Below, in pieces: positions 58,061 through 64,000 of a stretch of DNA of 64,000 bases. The position numbers and the translations under genes are program-made. Position 1 is the first letter of the stretch; every line of letters begins with the position of its first letter. The notes under the pieces were generated by a model. The model was not told the origin of the DNA, made no database searches, and saw nothing but the letters and a program-made list of their open reading frames with translations. Location of the stretch: positions 640,001 through 704,000 of the forward strand of contig CAVSOU010000008.1 of assembly GCA_963729625.1 (NCBI GenBank). The letters run 5' to 3'. Source of the stretch: an uncultured bacterium (GTDB lineage Bacteria; Chloroflexota; UBA5177; JANWHV01).

Positions 58061-59038
58061 ATGACCGACGTGATCTGCATGGGCGAGTTGTTGACGGAAT
58101 TTGTGGCCGAGGAAGCGAACGTCTCTCTGGAAGATGCGAAGAGCTTCGTAAAGGCGCCGGGCGGGGCTCCGGCAAACGTATCGGTGGCGTTGCAGCGGCT
58201 GGGGATGCCGTCGGCTTTTGTCGGCAAAGTGGGCAACGATCCCTTTGGCCGCTTCCTCCGCAACGCGCTGGCCGTGGACGGCGTGGACGTGCGGTTTCTG
58301 ATGACCGACACGCAGGCGCGTACAACGGCAGTCTATGTTGCGGTCTGGGATGACGGCCACAAGGACCTCTGCTTCTTCCGCAACCCGGGAGCGGACATGC
58401 TCCTGCGTCCCGAGGAGATCGACGGGCGCCTATTCGACGGTGCTCGCGCCTTCCATTTTGGATCCATCGGCTTCATCGACGAGCCAACTGCCTCGGCACA
58501 GCGCAAGGCACTGGGCATTGCGCGCGACCGCGGTCTGATGGTCACCTACGACCCGAACTACCGCCCAACGCTCTGGCCGTCGGAGGCCCGCGCTCGTACG
58601 GTCATCCGGGACTCATTCAAGTACTGCCATCTTGCCAAGGTCAGCCAGGAAGAATGGGAAGTCGCCACCGGCTACCCGGATCTCGACACCGGCATTGCCG
58701 CCGTTCTGGCGCAAGGAGTAGAGCTCCTGGTGATAAGTCGCGGGCCCCTGGGGTCGCTCGCCGCCACTCTCGACTATCGTATCGAGCTGCCCGCGTACAC
58801 CGTCGAGGTCGTGGAGACGACAGGCGCCGGTGACGGCTTCATGGCCGCTATGATCGCCCTGCTGCTACCGGAGCGCGAAAAGGCGGGCTCGTTGCGGCGT
58901 GTACCCGAGGAGACCGTTCGCGCCGCTCTCACGTTCGCGACGGCAGTCGGCGCGCTCACCTGTACAAAGCTGGGCGCCATTCCTGCCTTGCCCACGCTGG
59001 CGGAAGCAAGAGCGTTTCTCGCGATGCAGGGTGGCTGA
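58061..59038 (+). CDS. PfkB family carbohydrate kinase (fructokinase-like)
   Basis: PGGAPANV, GKVGNDPFG, DPNYRPTLW, ETTGAGDGF. Confidence 0.92.
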   Translation: MTDVICMGELLTEFVAEEANVSLEDAKSFVKAPGGAPANVSVALQRLGMPSAFVGKVGNDPFGRFLRNALAVDGVDVRFLMTDTQARTTAVYVAVWDDGHKDLCFFRNPGADMLLRPEEIDGRLFDGARAFHFGSIGFIDEPTASAQRKALGIARDRGLMVTYDPNYRPTLWPSEARARTVIRDSFKYCHLAKVSQEEWEVATGYPDLDTGIAAVLAQGVELLVISRGPLGSLAATLDYRIELPAYTVEVVETTGAGDGFMAAMIALLLPEREKAGSLRRVPEETVRAALTFATAVGALTCTKLGAIPALPTLAEARAFLAMQGG

Positions 59039-59060
59039 TCTCGGAAGAAGCAAACGGCGG

Positions 59061-59219
59061 TTATCGCTGCCTCAAGCGCCAGATGATTGCCAGCCCCGCC
59101 AGCGCCAGGATCCAAAACATGACAATACCCCACTGATCGCTGGCGGCAGCCCACGCTGGTCCGAGGGCGAGTGGGATGCAAAACAGAAGGATGATCAGAC
59201 CTGCAAGAAACCGGTTCAT
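59061..59219 (-). CDS. Small two-TM membrane protein (52 aa)
   Basis: MNRFLAGLIILLFCIPLALGP...WGIVMFWILALAGLAIIWRLRQR; GGGAG RBS. Confidence 0.6.
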   Translation of the reverse strand: MNRFLAGLIILLFCIPLALGPAWAAASDQWGIVMFWILALAGLAIIWRLRQR

Positions 59220-59242
59220 GCTACTCCCGCCTCTCGTTCCGG

Positions 59243-59539
59243 TCAAAGCGCGCGAGATCCTGGATGGGCGATCGCTTGAGTACCCGAGGCTCGTTTTCGG
59301 GGTGGGCTCGTCGGCGGCTCGTAGCCGGCCCGCAATGGACGGCGCGCGTATCGGCTTCTGTCCGTTGCAGCCATGAGGCACTCATGCAGCCGCTGACGCG
59401 TGGTCAGGTGGTTCCTGGCCAATGCCACGGTGCGCGGCCGACCGGCCAACGCCTGATTGCGGAGTGTCCCACGGCCCAGACCGCTTAGTCGCACCGCGCG
59501 AGCGAGCGAGGTGTACTCCTTGGGCTTCTCCAGCATCAT
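59243..59539 (-). CDS. HTH (excisionase-like) DNA-binding protein
   Basis: GGAGG RBS; YTSLARAVRLSGLGRGTLRNQALAGR...ARNHLTTR resembles HTH_17/Xis proteins. Confidence 0.55.
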   Translation of the reverse strand: MMLEKPKEYTSLARAVRLSGLGRGTLRNQALAGRPRTVALARNHLTTRQRLHECLMAATDRSRYARRPLRAGYEPPTSPPRKRASGTQAIAHPGSRAL

Positions 59540-59697
59540 CGCAGCCTCCGCAGGTATCGTATGCCGCAGGGCCTTACGGGGCAAGCCCCTGAGCTGCTGC
59601 ATACGCAGTCTCACTCTTGACCGGGTCGTTTCAATAGTGCATGAGTGCTTTACTGCGTATGCACTGCGATATACGATGGTTGTGGAGGTGCTACAAG

Positions 59698-59904
59698 ATG
59701 TCAGCAGCCACGCGCGACATGGCCCTTGGGGGCAAGCGTGCCAGGATGGGGACCGGTCGAGCGCGCACCGTGCAGCGCGGCGCGCGGATCTCTGAAGGGC
59801 ATGCGCGCCGCTTCACCGCCGTTGCCCTCGCTGAAGGCATCACGAGGACCACCCTGATCGAACGCTGGATTGAGGAGCACTTCCCGCCGGCATCGCCGCT
59901 ATAG
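59698..59904 (+). CDS. Ribbon-helix-helix-like small protein
   Basis: GGAGGTG RBS; VQRGARISEGHARRFTAVALAEGITRTTLIERWIEE. Confidence 0.55.
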   Translation: MSAATRDMALGGKRARMGTGRARTVQRGARISEGHARRFTAVALAEGITRTTLIERWIEEHFPPASPL

Positions 59905-59915
59905 CGCACAAAGGA

Positions 59916-60191
59916 ATGGCCATGGAAACTTTAGCCAAGCGCATCCTTGTCGCGGCGTATGGTGGGTACGCGTGCCTCCTGTTCATCGTCGGTTCTCTCA
60001 CCTGGTGTATCGGATTTGCCCTGGTGGGTCTCGTCTGGCTGTTGAGTGCAACAGGTAACTCGAAAGAGTCGAGGGAAACCACCAGCTGGGTTAGGCTGCT
60101 TCTTCCACTGGCGATCGTCCTGCTGGGCGCCGCGGTTGTCTCCGCTGTGATTCTCAACATCATCTCCGAAGCCCCCCCGCGTCCGCAATAG
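59916..60191 (+). CDS. Small membrane protein
   Basis: Two to three hydrophobic segments; AAGGA upstream. Confidence 0.55.
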   Translation: MAMETLAKRILVAAYGGYACLLFIVGSLTWCIGFALVGLVWLLSATGNSKESRETTSWVRLLLPLAIVLLGAAVVSAVILNIISEAPPRPQ

Positions 60192-60209
60192 CTTCGAGCT
60201 GGATTCGCC

Positions 60210-60460
60210 GTCACGTGGCGCTTGCCGGCGATGCGCTCGGGACCGTAGCGGAAGGTGGCGCGGCCGTCAGCGCCTTCCCAGCTCATCTCCCATATGCCCG
60301 GATGATCGACCATCGGCTTGACGCGCAAGCTGGCGCGAATCTCGCCATGATCGAGATCCTCAGCCAGGCGCCGCACGGCGCGACGAAACCGGGCGTACTG
60401 CTCAGGCGTCAAGTGGTCGAGGTCACGTTGAAAGCTGTCCTCTTCCTCGTGCGTCGGCAT
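60210..60460 (-). pseudogene. RelE/ParE-like toxin, 3'-truncated
   Basis: MPTHE...FQRDLDHL...LRVKPM...GIWEMSW...GRATFRYG...HV, then homology is lost. Confidence 0.6.
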
Positions 60461-60884
60461 GGGCAGCCCGACGCGCATCCATCGCAGCGAGGAAGTCGTC
60501 CGTGCTCTCGTGGAAGGTGCTGCGGCCAGCAACCTCGTCCGCGTCGGCCTCGCGCTCCTTGGCCTGCCACTCTACCGTCCAGAACCAGGCCTGATCGGGA
60601 TTCAACCGCCGCATCAGGTCGAACGCCCGGGCGCGAACCTCACGCACCACACGCACTATGAGATCACGATCGACCGTGGCCGCCTCGGACACAGCGGCGA
60701 GCTGCTCGATCGTCGCGTCGGCCCAGCGAATCGTCTCTGCCGCCTCGTGCACGTGTTCTTGCCAGACGCGTACTTGCTCGCGAACCACTTCCGGCGGCGG
60801 TGTCTCGTCAGGCGAGATCAGGCGCAGACGGGCGTCCCTACGTGCGAGCTGTTCCTGCAGGTCAGCGAGGAGTGCTATGGACGT
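60423..60884 (-). CDS. Antitoxin with DQAWFWT-type C-terminal motif; start non-canonical or mutated
   Basis: PDQAWFWTVEWQAKEREADAD...GR...DDFL; frame is open up to ACG at 60884 after AAGGAG; overlaps the toxin start. Confidence 0.6.
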   Translation of the reverse strand, partial: TSIALLADLQEQLARRDARLRLISPDETPPPEVVREQVRVWQEHVHEAAETIRWADATIEQLAAVSEAATVDRDLIVRVVREVRARAFDLMRRLNPDQAWFWTVEWQAKEREADADEVAGRSTFHESTDDFLAAMDARRAAHADARGRGQLST

Positions 60885-61258
60885 TGTGCTCCTTTGGTTC
60901 CATTGTACCGCCGACGTCTCGCAGCGGCGCTATTCGTCGACACACGACGGCACCACGGGCGGCGCAAGAATACAACCTGTCGTGCAGGCAGCCCGACTCG
61001 GATCCATCACAGTGGCGAGTCGGCGCAGGGAGCAACGCGTGAAAGCCCAGGGCGCGGAGCTGCTGGCCCGGTTGTCGTGTCCCCCACCGCGCAATGGCCA
61101 ACTCCAACAGATGATTGGCCAGGATCGCCACAACGCCAGGTAGTTGTGACAGGCCCCGAAGTCTCGGGGTAGTTGCCGTTCACCGCACGCTGGAGGCATC
61201 CTGAAGTCTAGTGCGGGCGGCGCCTTGGCGGCACGCCGGACGAGCGCGGGGAGGGTAC

Positions 61259-61813
61259 ATGGCAGCCTGGGAACGCCAGTACGATGGCGAGGCATACGAC
61301 TTCAAGATTTTCAAGCTTCGCTGGCACACCGCGGTATCTCCTCGAACGGGTGTGGCGGGCCGCTACGTCACGCTGGAGGTGCCGGACTGGGTGAACCTGG
61401 TGGCGATTACCGCCGCGCGCGAGATGATCATGGTCTGGCAATACCGGCACGGCGTGGATCGTTATACGCTGGAGATTCCGGCCGGCATCGTCGAGCCAGG
61501 GGAAGAACCGCTCGCGGCCATGCAGCGCGAGCTCGCCGAGGAGACCGGCTACGTTTCTACGCGCTGGAGCACGCTTGGCTCGGTGCATCCAAACCCCGCG
61601 TACCAGGGCAATGTCTGCCACCATTTCCTGGCACTCGATTGCGAAAAACTCGGCGAGCAGCATCTGGACGCTGGCGAGGACATCGAGGTGAGGCTGGTGC
61701 CCATCGCGGACGTTCCCCGGCTGATTGGCGACGGTACGCTCGACCACGCGCTGGAGATCGCTGCCTTCTTCCGCTACGTCGCGGCCGGCCAACCTGGCGG
61801 CAAGATCGTGTAG
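61259..61813 (+). CDS. NUDIX hydrolase (ADP-ribose pyrophosphatase-like)
   Basis: QYRHG...LEIPAGIVEPGEEPLAAMQRELAEETGY Nudix box; LDAGEDI. Confidence 0.92.
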   Translation: MAAWERQYDGEAYDFKIFKLRWHTAVSPRTGVAGRYVTLEVPDWVNLVAITAAREMIMVWQYRHGVDRYTLEIPAGIVEPGEEPLAAMQRELAEETGYVSTRWSTLGSVHPNPAYQGNVCHHFLALDCEKLGEQHLDAGEDIEVRLVPIADVPRLIGDGTLDHALEIAAFFRYVAAGQPGGKIV

Positions 61814-62991
61814 AGCGGCGACGGCGCTGCGTGCAGGCCGAGGTGATCCGTGATCGAGACCCAGGTCCCGGTCGGCCCGGATCGCCAGACCGCCGTGCGT
61901 GTCACCACGAATATCTCGTCGCGCTGCCTGTCGGGCACGGCCAGCAGTTGCTCGATCGCGCCGGCAGGAGCGGGCAGCGCCATGGCCAGCGGCTTCCAGC
62001 CGTGCGCGCCCTCGGACCGGAAGAACCGCCCTCGATACAGCACATACCGGGCGTGAGGCGTCTCGCCCCAGAGGTCTGCTCCGGCGCAGCCGGCGCTGGG
62101 CTGCGCGCCACAATGAACCGGACTCCACGTGCGCCCGGCGTCGTGAGAGACGTAACGGGCGACCGGGGCGCCTCTGCTCGCAGCTGCGCTGGACAGCAGG
62201 GCGAGCACCAGCGCGTGCTCCATCGGGACAGCCGTCACGACGGGGCTGAGGTCCTTGCGCCGGGGAGGATCCGGGAGCACGCCCATGAGCGCCCACGTAC
62301 GGCCGCCGCCGGCGCCGATCCGTCCGGGAGAGGCGCCGGGCACATATGCGGTGCGCGCTACGGCGATGGTGTTGCCCAGCATGGCCTCGCTCGAGACGGA
62401 GGGAAGCCCAGGCACGATCACCGGCTGCCACGAAGCGCCGAGGTCGGTCGAGCGGAGCAGGGCGCCGCCGTCGGCGTTGGTGACCAGGACGACGATTGAG
62501 CCGTTGGATGCCAGGTCAAGGCCGGAGATGGCGACATTGGGAATCGCCGATCGCTGCTGCGGGCTGATCCGTACCCAGGTCCATGGAGCACTCACATCGT
62601 CGTTGCGGTAGAGATTGCCGGCCATGTAAAGGGGAAAGCGTTGGGTGGTGGCAAGTACGTAAAGGCGCCCGGCAGTATCACCGGCAACGGCTACTGGAGC
62701 TTCGGATGAGTGGCTGAACACTGCTGCCCAGGTCGCGCCCGCGTCGTCGCTTCGGTACAGGGCCTGGCAGCCCGGCTCGTTTCCGATGGCCACGTTGAGG
62801 TCGGACGCAGGCCCCACCACCACATACAGGTGGCTATCGCCACGAGCATCACGCTCGATCGACATGCGAGCAATGGCGGTCCCGGCTTCGCACGGCTGCC
62901 CGGCTGTCGCTCCACTGCCCGGCCACAGCATCGTGGCCAGGAGGACCCCTGCCAGCGCAATGGCCAGCGAGAGATAGACAGACCCGCGCAC
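61774..62991 (-). CDS. Secreted BNR/Asp-box repeat beta-propeller protein
   Basis: Signal peptide; RSDDAGATW, RSTDLGASW, VSHDAGRTW. Confidence 0.75.
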   Translation of the reverse strand: MRGSVYLSLAIALAGVLLATMLWPGSGATAGQPCEAGTAIARMSIERDARGDSHLYVVVGPASDLNVAIGNEPGCQALYRSDDAGATWAAVFSHSSEAPVAVAGDTAGRLYVLATTQRFPLYMAGNLYRNDDVSAPWTWVRISPQQRSAIPNVAISGLDLASNGSIVVLVTNADGGALLRSTDLGASWQPVIVPGLPSVSSEAMLGNTIAVARTAYVPGASPGRIGAGGGRTWALMGVLPDPPRRKDLSPVVTAVPMEHALVLALLSSAAASRGAPVARYVSHDAGRTWSPVHCGAQPSAGCAGADLWGETPHARYVLYRGRFFRSEGAHGWKPLAMALPAPAGAIEQLLAVPDRQRDEIFVVTRTAVWRSGPTGTWVSITDHLGLHAAPSPLYTILPPGWPAAT

Positions 62992-64000
62992 TACATGACC
63001 TTGTAGATCTTCACTTCGTACGGGCGGCCTGGCTGCCCGTGATGGAATACCAGCGCGAGCTCGTGATCCTGCACCATCTGGTCGAACTTGGCGAGGCCGT
63101 CATGAGGATAGCCGTGGAAGAGGTTCGGGTCAGTGGCCGGGTAAAACGGATCGCCGCGCTCCTGTACGCCGACGTAGACATACGACACGTGGTACGTGTG
63201 CAGCAGGTTGAGCGCCGCTTGCGTATCGAGTGTGCTGTAGATCTCATCGACGGCATCCTCGCGATCTCCGACTTGTCTCGGGTAGATCTGGCCATTGTCC
63301 GCCGTCTGCAGGTTATATCGTTGCTGCGAGGCCTCGAAACCCCAATCGACCACAGTCGGCAGCCCGGTGAACATGCCGACTCGGGCCGAGAAGTTCTCGT
63401 AGCCGCCGTAGCGGCTGGTCAGCATGACCGGCGAACCCGGGATCGTCCGGTTAATCCACTCGATCGCGGCGTAGTCGTCCGGGTAGGCATACCGCAGGAA
63501 TTGCATGCCGTCCAAGGTCGGGCCGGCGTGCGCGGCCGCCAGGGCTGGCCAGGCGGTCGATCGCTGATCAAGCCGCTCGGGTGTCATACGCAGCGGGTAG
63601 ATAGCTGCTGCGACGACGAGCAGCAGCAGGCCGCCAAGCCACGCCCAGCTGCCGAGGCCAAGGCGTCGCGCGCGGCGATCGCGGCGCCCCGAGGACAATA
63701 CTGCCAGCGAGCCGAACGGTTCCACGACCGACGCGCCACGCACTTCCTTTGTCAGCGCACCCTTCGGCAGGAAGGGGAGAAGCAGACGGGCAAGGCCGAC
63801 CGCGGCGCTGATGTTCAGCAGCAGCCACGCGTCCTCGTAGAGCTTGAACACCGTATTGCTTCGGAAGAGGATGGGATCGCCGTCGTAAAAGTCGCGGACG
63901 TAGACGATCTCGCCAGCCGCAGCCACGAGGAGACCCATGATGATCATCACGTGGAAGAACATCAGCGCTGGTTCCTGCCGCTCGCGCCTGTCGATCAGCA
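62991..64000 (-). CDS. DUF2298 (YYY-type) membrane protein, C-terminal part (5'-partial)
   Basis: EIVYVRD...RSNTVFKLY..AW, TLDG..FL...DYAAIEWI, TGLPTVVDW, YVYVGVQER. Confidence 0.8.
   Translation of the reverse strand, partial: LIDRRERQEPALMFFHVMIIMGLLVAAAGEIVYVRDFYDGDPILFRSNTVFKLYEDAWLLLNISAAVGLARLLLPFLPKGALTKEVRGASVVEPFGSLAVLSSGRRDRRARRLGLGSWAWLGGLLLLVVAAAIYPLRMTPERLDQRSTAWPALAAAHAGPTLDGMQFLRYAYPDDYAAIEWINRTIPGSPVMLTSRYGGYENFSARVGMFTGLPTVVDWGFEASQQRYNLQTADNGQIYPRQVGDREDAVDEIYSTLDTQAALNLLHTYHVSYVYVGVQERGDPFYPATDPNLFHGYPHDGLAKFDQMVQDHELALVFHHGQPGRPYEVKIYKVM

Noticed and set aside
59840-60532. 230-aa ORF as a toxin fusion protein
   Set aside because: The part after RHV is read-through antisense to the plus-strand membrane gene.

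Overview
High-GC chromosomal window, probably from a Chloroflexota-like bacterium. This is inferred from the DUF2298/YYY-type membrane protein and the Pro/Thr-tailed secreted proteins. Intact content: a ROK-regulated family-5 ABC importer with a GH4 hydrolase, two VapBC pairs, a methyltransferase-TolB-like-DUF58-transglutaminase operon, AlaX, TetR/DHA2 MFS, rsgA, an ArsR-SRPBCC-YCII operon, a Rieske protein, a ZIP permease, a REC-baeRF-like-UspA cluster, a copper-handling cluster, an M20 hydrolase with a ThrC-like enzyme, acetamidase, GdhA, PFOR, a TIR-STAND-WD40 protein, PfkB and NUDIX. Several collapsed relics are scattered between these (MNT-HEPN, MCP, Uma2, CopC, RelE-like). No tRNA, rRNA, CRISPR array or intact integrase/transposase was recognised. 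Best leads: (1) a 14-codon Trp-Trp leader ORF and 17-bp hairpin resembling a trp attenuator but aimed antisense into the MFS exporter; (2) a CopC-CopD-YtkA-like-YVTN mega-fusion followed by a TlpA-SCO fusion and a PKD protein; (3) two paralogous stand-alone release-factor-like (baeRF middle domain) genes in stress/anaerobiosis contexts; (4) a secreted PLD-fold protein with both HKD motifs destroyed. All family calls come from motif recognition by eye, not database searches.
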